From contig JBFIXW010000002.1 in NCBI GenBank assembly GCA_041605715.1, positions 5,873-69,872 on the forward strand: a DNA stretch of 64,000 nt, given 5' to 3'. Origin of the DNA: Paenisporosarcina sp. (GTDB lineage Bacteria; Bacillota; Bacilli; Bacillales_A; Planococcaceae). Every line of letters starts with the position of its first letter. Position 1 is the first letter of the stretch. Below, one piece after another: positions 55,294 through 64,000 of the stretch. The notes below the pieces were generated by a model. That model had not been told where the DNA came from. It made no database searches and saw nothing but the letters and a program-made list of their open reading frames with translations. A program made the position numbers and the translations under genes.

Positions 55294-57005
55294 TATCCAA
55301 CCGCCTCTTGTTTGTTGATTATCTTTTGAATAGGAATCGCAATATAGATTTCTGTACCGAATCCATTAACATTATTTATAGAAAGATTGCCGGAATAGGA
55401 TGTTACAATATTTTTCATATTTTTTAGTCCGATTCCTGTTTCATTGACAACTTTATCATTATCAATTTTAAAGCCATTTCCATTGTCTTGAATTGATAGA
55501 TTAATCTCATTTTCAACGACTATTAGTTTAATTGTGATTAATGTACAATTCCCATGACGTACTGCATTCCCACATGATTCACAAATAATCCGATATAGAG
55601 ATTCTTTTAGTTTTGATTCAATAAGATATTCGTCAACATTAACTTCGTAGTCAATATTAATATCATTTAATTTTGCATAATCATTTAAATAATTTGTTAG
55701 ACGTGAAAAGAATGGTTGCTCCCCTTTTTTAATAGAGCTTAAACGGTAAATTGCTGCTCTAAGTTCCTTCATAGTTGCATTGGCAGACTTAGATAGAAAA
55801 AGAAATTCTTTATTTAATTCTTCTTCGGATAGGTTTTTACTTTTAATCGGAAGACTGTGTAGAGAATATACAATTCCAAATAATCTTTGAGAAACACTAT
55901 CATGAATTTCATTAGCAATGCGATTTTGTTCTTCAATAATGGACATTTGGTCAATCATTTGATCCATATATATACGTTCCAGCATAATTTCACTTAACTC
56001 ACATACAAATTCAAATGTCCGATTAAATAATAGTGGTCTTATTTCTTCGTTATCATTTAAAATCTTGACTCCCAAAATACCCAGATTATTTGAAGTCCTA
56101 ATAATTTTCATCCAATATAATTGTTTATTCACCTCTCTAACAAATGGTGCTCTTCGATTTTTTATACTATTCCATTGCTCTATAAGTTTTGTTTCAAGTT
56201 CTGAATCATAAGTTGTACTTGCCAAATGACTATTTCGTTGCTGAAGATCTGAAACCCAAAAGAAAGCACATTCACTTTGGGTGCATTTCATGAGTGATTT
56301 AGCTATTTCTTGAATCAATTTTTTAAATCCTTTTTTATATGAAAAGTTATCCATAATATGATATAAGGACATAATATGCTCTATTGTTTGCTGATACTTT
56401 TCATTCGTCCCAACTAGTTTTTTATTAACATCTAAAAGTTCTATTTGCTGCATTTTCAATAAGTTCGCCTTTGAATCTAATTCCTTCGTTAAATCTGAAA
56501 ATAACCTTGCAAGCAATGTTATTAATAAACAGACCAAATAAATAAAAGAATTTTCTTCTAAGATCAACCTCACATTGTTTAAATTGAACAGTGTATAGGC
56601 TATTGCCGTTGCACTTCCTAAGTAAAAAGTGACTAAGCTCCAACAAAAAACAGGAGTTAAAAAACTGGCTGCTATAATTACAGGATTGAGTGTATACCAA
56701 ATAAATGGACTCGAAATACCTCCTGTTGGAATGAGTAATAATGTCAAACCTAAAGTTTCTGTAATAACAATCAATTTCAATATTTTAGTGTTTTCTATAT
56801 ATTTCCTCTGTAAATCTCCTATTATCCACGCCGCAATCCCTAATGATAAAACCACCCCGAATTTAAATGAAAAAGGTGATTGAGGAACAAGAAAATAGAA
56901 AAATGAAGTTAAAAAAAGTGAAATACTCCTATATAGATATACCAACCTTAATTTACTAGTTGGATTCTTTTTAAAAACTGGATATAATTTTTCAGACCAG
57001 AACAT
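55293..57005 (-). CDS. membrane sensor histidine kinase (HisKA_3 type)
   Basis: ~5-6 N-terminal TM, EQNRIANEIHDSVSQ H-box, NAVRHG, IQDNGNGF, GIGLKNM; start refined to ATG 57005 (MFWSEK). Confidence 0.92.
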   Translation of the reverse strand: MFWSEKLYPVFKKNPTSKLRLVYLYRSISLFLTSFFYFLVPQSPFSFKFGVVLSLGIAAWIIGDLQRKYIENTKILKLIVITETLGLTLLLIPTGGISSPFIWYTLNPVIIAASFLTPVFCWSLVTFYLGSATAIAYTLFNLNNVRLILEENSFIYLVCLLITLLARLFSDLTKELDSKANLLKMQQIELLDVNKKLVGTNEKYQQTIEHIMSLYHIMDNFSYKKGFKKLIQEIAKSLMKCTQSECAFFWVSDLQQRNSHLASTTYDSELETKLIEQWNSIKNRRAPFVREVNKQLYWMKIIRTSNNLGILGVKILNDNEEIRPLLFNRTFEFVCELSEIMLERIYMDQMIDQMSIIEEQNRIANEIHDSVSQRLFGIVYSLHSLPIKSKNLSEEELNKEFLFLSKSANATMKELRAAIYRLSSIKKGEQPFFSRLTNYLNDYAKLNDINIDYEVNVDEYLIESKLKESLYRIICESCGNAVRHGNCTLITIKLIVVENEINLSIQDNGNGFKIDNDKVVNETGIGLKNMKNIVTSYSGNLSINNVNGFGTEIYIAIPIQKIINKQEAVG

Positions 57006-57240
57006 AGCGATCACTTCCTGGTACATTTTTAGTACTCTGACTAAAAACGTTTTCAATTTTAGATCCTTCATATCGATAAAAACATTTACAATCTCCATTT
57101 ATATAAGTAGCAAATTCGGCGTTCGGCACAATAGGAAATTTTGCTTCATTTTTTCTCTTAGCAGTAGATAAACTATTACCATGGAAAGACAGAAAAGTTA
57201 TTGATATAGAAAGTGCTGTGAAAGAAAACGTTAACTTCAA
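56992..57240 (-). CDS. 82-aa hypothetical protein, first gene of the two-component operon
   Basis: TTG start after AGGAGGG RBS (57253-57247); stop overlaps kinase start. Confidence 0.55.
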   Translation of the reverse strand: MKLTFSFTALSISITFLSFHGNSLSTAKRKNEAKFPIVPNAEFATYINGDCKCFYRYEGSKIENVFSQSTKNVPGSDRYVLV

Positions 57241-57264
57241 TACAATCCCTCCTAAATCCAAATT

Positions 57265-57309
57265 AAAAGCCCGATTAAATTGAACATAAAAGTTCAATTT
57301 TAATCAGGC
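57265..57309 (-). terminator. intrinsic terminator/attenuator in 5' leader
   Basis: GCCTGATTAAAATTGAAC-loop-GTTCAATTTAATCGGGC followed by TTTTAATTT, just upstream of the RBS. Confidence 0.75.
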
Positions 57310-57382
57310 CGGTTGCACCAATAACTCCATATGTCCCAGGTACCCATATAAAAGACATACTTCACAGTATCCACATCAGATT
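57302..57382 (-). promoter_or_regulatory. cyclic di-GMP-II riboswitch aptamer
   Basis: GGAUACUGUGAAGUAUGUCUUUUAUAUGGGUACCUGGGACAUAUGGAGUUAUUGGUGCAACCGGCC: UGA..GGAG kink-turn pattern, UAUGUC/GACAUA stem, GUACC:GGUGC pseudoknot, GUGCAACC end, resembling clostridial class II aptamers as recalled. Confidence 0.85.
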
Positions 57383-58044
57383 ATCTATTTTAAATACAAT
57401 TATATCTATAGTATTTCTATTTTTTTGTCATTCTATGCTATTAAAAAGGTTCTATTTATGAGTTATTCTCACGTTTTTTATCGCTAATAGTCGACCCCCT
57501 ACTTCTAAATTGTTTTTACCTGTGATTAATGCATTTCAAAAGAACTTATACAAACTGTTTATTTATCATACTGTGTGATTATTTCAGTATAGGCTTTCCT
57601 ATGCTATTTTATTCTCTTAAAAAATAAAAAAAGACTCAGTGAATTACTAACTCATTTTTAGGTTTTTAAAATACCGATTTTGTAATTATAAAAATGACTA
57701 ATAATTTATCAATATGCATAGCCTAACAACTAGATTAAGTATAGTACTTACAATTACTATTTTTAAAAAAATCAATTAACTTTTTAGTTCATCAACATTA
57801 TAGTTAGAAAATATAACTTCACCATATTCCTCAATATCTTGTTAGATAGTTGAAGCAAAATTTTAACAAGTAATCGGAGTAAAAAGATACATCTTAGCTA
57901 ATTGATACTTCCACTGAATAAATTTTTAATTTGGTTTGTATGAGGGATTTGATATATGAAATTCTATAATTGGTTTTATTGCTAGGTAGTAAATCTGAAG
58001 AAATGCGACTGAGATGCAAACAGATATTAAAATGACCATATACA

Positions 58045-58086
58045 AAACCCAACCGTTTCATATGCTACAACGGTTGGGTTTATTTT
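58045..58086 (-). terminator. terminator hairpin
   Basis: aaaacccaaccgtt...aacggttgggttt. Confidence 0.7.
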
Positions 58087-58334
58087 TATGACGCTTTTAA
58101 GTTTTTAAATCCTAAAATTAATTGTGCGAGGAAACCTAATCCACAAAATACGATAGCTAAGTATCCGATCCAGTCAATTGGATCTAGCATAACTGTACGC
58201 AACACTAGTAAACCTAAGAGAAGTGCAATGGCAAAGTTCACTAAGTACGTCTTACTTGTATGAGAGAATTTCTTCATGATAATAAATACACTAATTCCTA
58301 CAGCAATGATAAAGACTGATAAAGCCATTTCCAC
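58086..58334 (-). CDS. small membrane protein (3 TM), unknown function
   Basis: Three hydrophobic segments, GTG start after AAGGGG RBS. Confidence 0.7.
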   Translation of the reverse strand: MEMALSVFIIAVGISVFIIMKKFSHTSKTYLVNFAIALLLGLLVLRTVMLDPIDWIGYLAIVFCGLGFLAQLILGFKNLKAS

Positions 58335-58406
58335 GTAACATACCCCTTTTTTACTTTAACTATAACAGAAAAAAACATCGCCCAACTTAAGTTGGGCGAA
58401 TGATTT

Positions 58407-59864
58407 TTATTTTTTTAAGTTTTCGTTGTAGTCAACCCAGAAATCTGCATTTTTGATACCTAGTTTAGTAGGGTCAAAAACAGGATCCAAGCCTTGTTTC
58501 TTCTGAGCTTCATAGTCTTTTAGTGCAATAAGTGCTGGTTTGGCAATGATTAAAATCGCAATTAAGTTTAACCATACCATCAACCCTAAACCAACATCCC
58601 CTAATGCCCATGCAAGACCAGCTTCACGTACTGTTCCTAGGTACGCTGTAATAAGAATTACTATTTTCAGAACTATAATTCCGATTTTTTCAGCATTTCC
58701 TTTTAATAAGTAAGCCACATTTGTTTCAGCCATATAGTAGTAAGCCATGATTGTTGTAAAAGCAAAGAAGAATAGTGCGATTGCAACGAATCCAGCACCA
58801 ATCCCCGTACCAGGAAGTGCAAGATCAATCGCAGCCTGTGTATAACCAGGACCCGCTTCAACATCTGGTAAATTTTCTACAACAAATGCACCATTTCCAT
58901 CATCTAACTGAACATTATACATGCCTGTAAATAGGATCATAAAAGCTGTTGCTGAACAAACTAGTAAAGTATCGATATAAACTGAGAATGCTTGAACCAA
59001 ACCTTGTTTTGCAGGATGTGATACTTCAGCAGCTGCTGCTGCGTGAGGACCAGTACCTTGACCAGCTTCGTTCGAGTAAATTCCACGTTTAACGCCCCAA
59101 GCGATTGCGGCACCAACCATCCCACCGAAAGTAGAATCAAAGCCAAATGCACTTGAGAAAATCAATGAGATGACACCTGGTAATTCAGTAATATTCATTC
59201 CGATAATAACAATCGCCATTACCATATAAGCAATTGCCATGAATGGTACAACTAATTGCGCAACATGAGCAATACGTTTAACTCCACCTAGAATGATGAC
59301 AGCTAAAATAATTACGATTGCTGCACCAGTAATCCAACGTTCTAATCCGAATGCATTTTCCATCCCGATTGCAATTGAATTCGATTGAATACCTGGCATT
59401 AAGATTGACATTGCTAATAAAGCTGCTAGTGCAAATAGAATGGCATACCATTTTACGCCAATTCCTTTTTCTATGTAGTAGGCTGGACCACCACGGTATT
59501 GTCCTTGATCTTTCACTTTATAAATTTGTGCAAGTGTTGATTCCACAAATGCTGATGCTGCACCAATGAAAGCAATCATCCACATCCAGAACACGGCACC
59601 AGGACCACCGAATGCGATGGCTGTTGCAGTACCTGCAATATTACCAGTACCAACACGACCCGATAAAGCAATAGCTAATGCTTGGAATGAAGATACCCCC
59701 GCATCTGATTCTTTACCTCTAAAAATTTGTTGAACCATATCTTTCACTAAACGTACTTGAACAAACCGTGTAAGAATTGAAAATAAAAGTCCTACTGCTA
59801 AACATCCATAAATCATCCACGGACCCCATAAAAAATTGTTCACTTGACCAATAAACTCTTCCAC
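58407..59864 (-). CDS. alanine/glycine:cation symporter (AgcS/AlsT family)
   Basis: GRVGTGNIAG, GGPGAVFWMW, RGGPAYY, YSNEAGQG, DTLLVCSATA. Confidence 0.93.
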   Translation of the reverse strand: MEEFIGQVNNFLWGPWMIYGCLAVGLLFSILTRFVQVRLVKDMVQQIFRGKESDAGVSSFQALAIALSGRVGTGNIAGTATAIAFGGPGAVFWMWMIAFIGAASAFVESTLAQIYKVKDQGQYRGGPAYYIEKGIGVKWYAILFALAALLAMSILMPGIQSNSIAIGMENAFGLERWITGAAIVIILAVIILGGVKRIAHVAQLVVPFMAIAYMVMAIVIIGMNITELPGVISLIFSSAFGFDSTFGGMVGAAIAWGVKRGIYSNEAGQGTGPHAAAAAEVSHPAKQGLVQAFSVYIDTLLVCSATAFMILFTGMYNVQLDDGNGAFVVENLPDVEAGPGYTQAAIDLALPGTGIGAGFVAIALFFFAFTTIMAYYYMAETNVAYLLKGNAEKIGIIVLKIVILITAYLGTVREAGLAWALGDVGLGLMVWLNLIAILIIAKPALIALKDYEAQKKQGLDPVFDPTKLGIKNADFWVDYNENLKK

Positions 59865-60045
59865 CTATTTTCCCCCTTTGTATAGTTCACATTATTGTCA
59901 CACAATTTACTATATTATAGATATTGTATGAAAACAAGATAAGAAATAGAAATAGACTCATTAAATAATATTTTAAGCTAGTTTTTGATAGATGAAGACA
60001 TTAAGAAAAAGCACAGCCATGTGCTCTTTCTTTTTATGTTTTCTA

Positions 60046-60852
60046 CTAGATAATGTACCCAATGGAACGCAGAACATTGTGCATAAATGATTCCGTGTAA
60101 TAATAAACATTATCACGCTCTGGTTCATGAAACAAATCATGATAGGCATTTTTCCATTCTTTAAATTGATACTCACATAATTTTTGCTTGCTCATCCAGC
60201 TCTCACTAAAGACGGGATCCGTTACTTTATCTCTTTCACCGGTCATTAATAATACCGGTATTTTGGAGATGGACTCAACACTACTATAGGTATTTTTCTT
60301 TAGATTTTGTAATTCTCTATACCACTTTAATGTAATTTTATTTTTAAAAAGAGGATCATCTTTTTCTTGTACATACACATCATAGTTACGTGTTAATTCT
60401 TTTATGGAAATTTCATGAGTACTTTTCATATGATCAGCTAGCTTGCCCATATTCGCTAGTGCCCCAGATAATTTTGACGGCTGGATGCGCAAGTTTAACC
60501 AGGGTGAGGTTAAAATGACTCCTGCACATTCAATTGAATGGGTTTGTAATGCATGCATAACCAAAGTCGCTCCCATTCCATGTCCCATCACGAATACAGG
60601 TAAGGAATCTGCCATCGAAACTTCCACTAGTTGTTTCACGTATTTAGAATACAATTCAAAATCTTCGTCATGTGCTTCATTTAATAAAGCATCTTCACCG
60701 TGACCTGGGAGGTCGCCCATCACCACATGAAAACCCGAATTTCTACACTGTTCAATCGTCCATGCGTAACGACGATGATGCTCATATGCACTATGTACAA
60801 TAGCTATAACAGCTATTGCTTTACCTTCTGCTTCCCATTTCCACATGAACAT
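60046..60852 (-). CDS. ytpA: YtpA-like alpha/beta hydrolase-fold protein with GHGMG in place of GHSMG
   Basis: MWKWE start, DLPGHG, GERD and YHDLFHE motifs; synteny next to ytoA and metK. Confidence 0.82.
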   Translation of the reverse strand: MFMWKWEAEGKAIAVIAIVHSAYEHHRRYAWTIEQCRNSGFHVVMGDLPGHGEDALLNEAHDEDFELYSKYVKQLVEVSMADSLPVFVMGHGMGATLVMHALQTHSIECAGVILTSPWLNLRIQPSKLSGALANMGKLADHMKSTHEISIKELTRNYDVYVQEKDDPLFKNKITLKWYRELQNLKKNTYSSVESISKIPVLLMTGERDKVTDPVFSESWMSKQKLCEYQFKEWKNAYHDLFHEPERDNVYYYTESFMHNVLRSIGYII

Positions 60853-61006
60853 CTTCCCCTTTTACTAAATGCTATCAATGCATTAATTATACCATTACCC
60901 GACTGATTAAAATGATGGATAAAATAGGCTTTCACTCTATTCTGGTTATGATTCCCTCTTTTTTAGTATAATGAAACTTAGCTAAACGAAGAAATGAGGT
61001 CATGTA

Positions 61007-61522
61007 ATGATTTATACTTTTAATGGAAAGACTCCTGAAATTGATTCCTCGGTGTATATAGCTGATTTTGTGACAATTAGTGGGGATGTCACGATTGGTC
61101 CAGAGTCTACAGTATGGTTTAATACGGTCATCCGTGGAGATGTGAATACGACGATTATCGGTAATAAGGTAAACATTCAAGATTTATGTTGCTTGCACCA
61201 GAGTCCAGCTTTTCCATTGATTTTAGAAGATGAGGTTACTATCGGTCATCAAGTGACTTTACATAGCTGTACGGTGAAACAAGGTGCTCTAATTGGAATG
61301 GGGTCGATTGTGTTAGATGGAGCTGTAATCGGAGAAGGAGCGTTTATTGGCGCTGGCAGTTTAGTCCCACCAGGTAAAGTTATTCCTCCGGGTGTACTTG
61401 CACTTGGGAGACCCGCTCAAGTAGTGAGAGATTTAACCGATGGCGATCGTAAGGATATGGAACGTATTGTTCGAGAGTATGCCGAAAAAGGACAAATTTA
61501 TAAAGCAATGCAAAAGAGTTAA
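61007..61522 (+). CDS. gamma carbonic anhydrase family (YtoA-like)
   Basis: Hexapeptide repeats, IRGD, NIQD..LH, IGH.V.LH.C. Confidence 0.92.
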   Translation: MIYTFNGKTPEIDSSVYIADFVTISGDVTIGPESTVWFNTVIRGDVNTTIIGNKVNIQDLCCLHQSPAFPLILEDEVTIGHQVTLHSCTVKQGALIGMGSIVLDGAVIGEGAFIGAGSLVPPGKVIPPGVLALGRPAQVVRDLTDGDRKDMERIVREYAEKGQIYKAMQKS

Positions 61523-61570
61523 TAGAATGAAAAAAGCTGCTCCGAATTTTTTCGGAGCAGCTTTTTCCTA

Positions 61571-62767
61571 TTAAACGCCTGCTTTTTCTTTTAATGCAGC
61601 AGCTTTGTCTGTTTTCTCCCAAGGAACATCTATGTCTGTACGACCAAAATGTCCATATGCTGCAGTTTGTTTGTAGATTGGACGACGAAGATCTAACATT
61701 TTGATGATTCCAGCTGGGCGTAGGTCGAATAATTCACGAACCATTTCAACCATTTTCGACTCTTCAACTGTACCAGTTCCAAATGTATCAATTGCAATAG
61801 ATACAGGTTGTGCAACACCAATTGCATAAGCTAATTGAACTTCACAACGATCTGCAAGACCAGCTGCTACGATGTTTTTAGCGACGTAACGTGCTGCATA
61901 AGCAGCTGAACGGTCTACTTTTGTTGCATCCTTACCAGAGAATGCGCCGCCACCGTGACGAGCATAACCACCGTAAGTATCAACGATGATTTTACGACCT
62001 GTTAAACCTGCATCCCCTTGAGGTCCGCCAATAACAAAACGACCAGTAGGATTGATGAAGTATTTTGTGTTCTCATCAATTAATTCTGCAGGTACAACTG
62101 GATTAATAACATGTTCTTTCAGATTGCGTTGGATTTGCTCAAGCGTTACTTCTGGGTGATGTTGGGTAGAAATAACAATCGTGTCAATACGCAATGGTTT
62201 GTTGTTTTCATCATATTCTACAGTTACTTGTGTTTTACCATCTGGACGTAGGTAAGAAAGAATCTCATCTTTACGAACTAAAGCTAAACGACGAGCTAAC
62301 TTGTGAGCTAAACTAATAGGAAGAGGCATTAATTCTGGCGTTTCATTACAAGCAAACCCAAACATTAACCCTTGGTCTCCAGCACCGATTGCTTCAATAT
62401 CATCATCTGACATAGAACCTTCACGAGCTTCTAATGCTTGATCAACACCCATCGCGATATCAGCTGACTGCTCATCGATTGCTGTTAAAACAGCTGATGT
62501 TTCTGAGTCAAAACCATATTTTGCACGAGTATAACCAATTTCACGAACTGTTTCACGAACTACTTTTTGGATATCAACATATGCAGACGTTGTGATTTCT
62601 CCAGCGACAAGAACTAATCCTGTAGTAACTGTTGTTTCACATGCCACACGTGCATTTGGATCTTCTGTTAAGATAGCATCTAATATTGCATCTGAGATTT
62701 GGTCACAAATCTTATCCGGATGCCCTTCTGTTACTGATTCTGATGTAAATAATCGACGAGTTGTCAT
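61571..62767 (-). CDS. metK: S-adenosylmethionine synthetase
   Basis: [28 protein letters not shown]. Confidence 0.99.
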   Translation of the reverse strand: MTTRRLFTSESVTEGHPDKICDQISDAILDAILTEDPNARVACETTVTTGLVLVAGEITTSAYVDIQKVVRETVREIGYTRAKYGFDSETSAVLTAIDEQSADIAMGVDQALEAREGSMSDDDIEAIGAGDQGLMFGFACNETPELMPLPISLAHKLARRLALVRKDEILSYLRPDGKTQVTVEYDENNKPLRIDTIVISTQHHPEVTLEQIQRNLKEHVINPVVPAELIDENTKYFINPTGRFVIGGPQGDAGLTGRKIIVDTYGGYARHGGGAFSGKDATKVDRSAAYAARYVAKNIVAAGLADRCEVQLAYAIGVAQPVSIAIDTFGTGTVEESKMVEMVRELFDLRPAGIIKMLDLRRPIYKQTAAYGHFGRTDIDVPWEKTDKAAALKEKAGV

Positions 62768-62943
62768 TATTAATTCCTCCTATATCCTTCGAGATTTCTC
62801 TCGGAAAATTCAAACGGTACTCATTTCCCATGTCAAGCTTTACTCTGTTGAATAAAACCTTTCGCCGTTTCGGGCTTCTACACGAGGATAAAGGGAGATG
62901 TCTGTGTTAAATCATCCATTTATGCAATTTACTGAGATAGCAT

Positions 62944-63130
62944 AAAAAAAACCCTCTCTCACGTCAATTACATGAGGAAAGGTATGATTTAGTAGGCACC
63001 TTTCACTCTTATCATCCAAGGAATTCACCTTGCTTCAGGTTCAGCACCTTCGCCAATTATATGAAATCATATAATCGCAGGTTGCCGGGTTTCATAGGGC
63101 CTGACCCCTCCACCAGCTCGGGATAAGAGT
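62944..63130 (-). promoter_or_regulatory. SAM-I (S-box) riboswitch with terminator
   Basis: ACUCUUAUC-CCGAGCUGGUGGAGGG...GGCCC..GAAACCCGGCAACC...AAGGUGC...GAUAAGAGU (63130-63005); terminator hairpin plus U8 at ~62985-62944. Confidence 0.96.
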
Positions 63131-63146
63131 ATCCGTTCAGTTTTAC

Positions 63147-63175
63147 ATCATAATAAACAATTTCGACAATGTCAA
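63147..63175 (-). promoter_or_regulatory. sigma-A promoter of metK
   Basis: TTGACA-17 bp-TATGAT. Confidence 0.85.
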
Positions 63176-63234
63176 ACATTTTATGCACTTTAATTTTGAC
63201 AAGAAATATCTACATTTTATACAGGCTATTAGTG

Positions 63235-63262
63235 TAGATTATTAAACGGAATGTGTTATACT
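63235..63262 (+). promoter_or_regulatory. candidate pckA promoter (extended -10)
   Basis: TAGATT-16 bp-TATACT with TG at 63254-63255. Confidence 0.55.
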
Positions 63263-63324
63263 AATTCTCGAATCAAAATTACCCCATTTTATCGGGAATA
63301 CTTGAAAAAGGAAGGTACATATAC

Positions 63325-64000
63325 ATGAATTCAGTGAACACAATTACCGAGCTGAACGAATTGTTAAATGGCCAAAACGTGCACGTTCAACTTTCAGTTC
63401 CACAATTAGTGGAGAAAGCAACTTCACGCGGAGAAGCTGTCTTAACATCAACAGGTGCTGTAAAAGCGGAGACTGGAAAATACACAGGTCGTTCGCCTAA
63501 AGATAAGTACATGGTTGAAGAAGACATTTCTAAGGACAAAATTGACTGGGGTCCTGTTAACCAACCCATCTCATCTGAAATTTTTGACTCACTATATAAG
63601 AAAGTAATCGATTACCTAAAAACAAAAGAAGAATTATTTGTGTTTAAAGGCTTTGCTGGTGCAGACAAACAGTCTCGCTTATCTCTACAAGTAATTAACG
63701 AATATGCTTGGCATAACCTTTTTGCTCACCAATTATTTATACGTCCTTCTGATGAAGAGTTAACTACACACGAAGCAGATTTCACAATTGTATCTGCTCC
63801 GACTTTTAAAGCTAATCCAACTGTAGATGGTACATCTTCAGAAACATTCATAATGGTGTCAATGGATAAACGGATTATTTTAATCGGTGGTACAGAGTAT
63901 GCTGGTGAAATGAAAAAATCGATCTTCTCGATCATGAATTATTTATTACCTGAACAAGGTATTTTACCGATGCACTGTTCTGCTAACGTTGGAGAAAAAG
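63325..64000 (+). CDS. pckA: phosphoenolpyruvate carboxykinase (ATP), truncated by window end
   Basis: Manual translation MNSVNTI...[12 protein letters not shown]...AWHNLF...[19 protein letters not shown]...MHCSAN; divergent from metK. Confidence 0.97.
   Translation, partial: MNSVNTITELNELLNGQNVHVQLSVPQLVEKATSRGEAVLTSTGAVKAETGKYTGRSPKDKYMVEEDISKDKIDWGPVNQPISSEIFDSLYKKVIDYLKTKEELFVFKGFAGADKQSRLSLQVINEYAWHNLFAHQLFIRPSDEELTTHEADFTIVSAPTFKANPTVDGTSSETFIMVSMDKRIILIGGTEYAGEMKKSIFSIMNYLLPEQGILPMHCSANVGEK

Noticed and set aside
57006-57098. N-terminal extension of the histidine kinase
   Set aside because: Overlaps the RBS-bearing small ORF; ATG 57005 has its own GGAAGTGA element
57330-57359. TATGTC-N18-GACATA as a regulator operator
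   Set aside because: Better explained as a stem of the c-di-GMP-II aptamer
59895-59915. TnrA/GlnR box upstream of the AgcS/AlsT gene
   Set aside because: Spacing does not fit TGTNA-N7-TNACA

Overview
Low-GC Bacillales chromosomal segment, most likely Planococcaceae (inferred from gene content and order). It is syntenic with the B. subtilis rpsD-tyrS-acsA-acuABC-ccpA-aroA-murC-sftA-trmB-leuS-metK-pckA region and is mostly core housekeeping genes. Recognisable cis-regulatory RNAs are the S4 leader, tyrS and leuS T-boxes and the metK SAM-I riboswitch. Accessory blocks: a ketone-body (scoAB/permease/3-hydroxybutyrate dehydrogenase) cluster under a PAS-AAA+-HTH activator lacking GAFTGA, a bpsA-bpsB type III PKS pair, and an AT-rich island. 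The best lead is in that island: a c-di-GMP-II-like riboswitch with an overlapping terminator precedes an 82-aa small ORF, a membrane histidine kinase and a NarL/LuxR regulator. Other leads are a 218-bp tandem array with complementary hairpin loops, an FtsA/actin-like ATPase with ubiquitin-like repeats, a 54-aa membrane ORF coupled to leuS, a YtpA-like hydrolase lacking its catalytic Ser, and a family of dispersed palindromic repeats. All calls are by eye; no database search was run.
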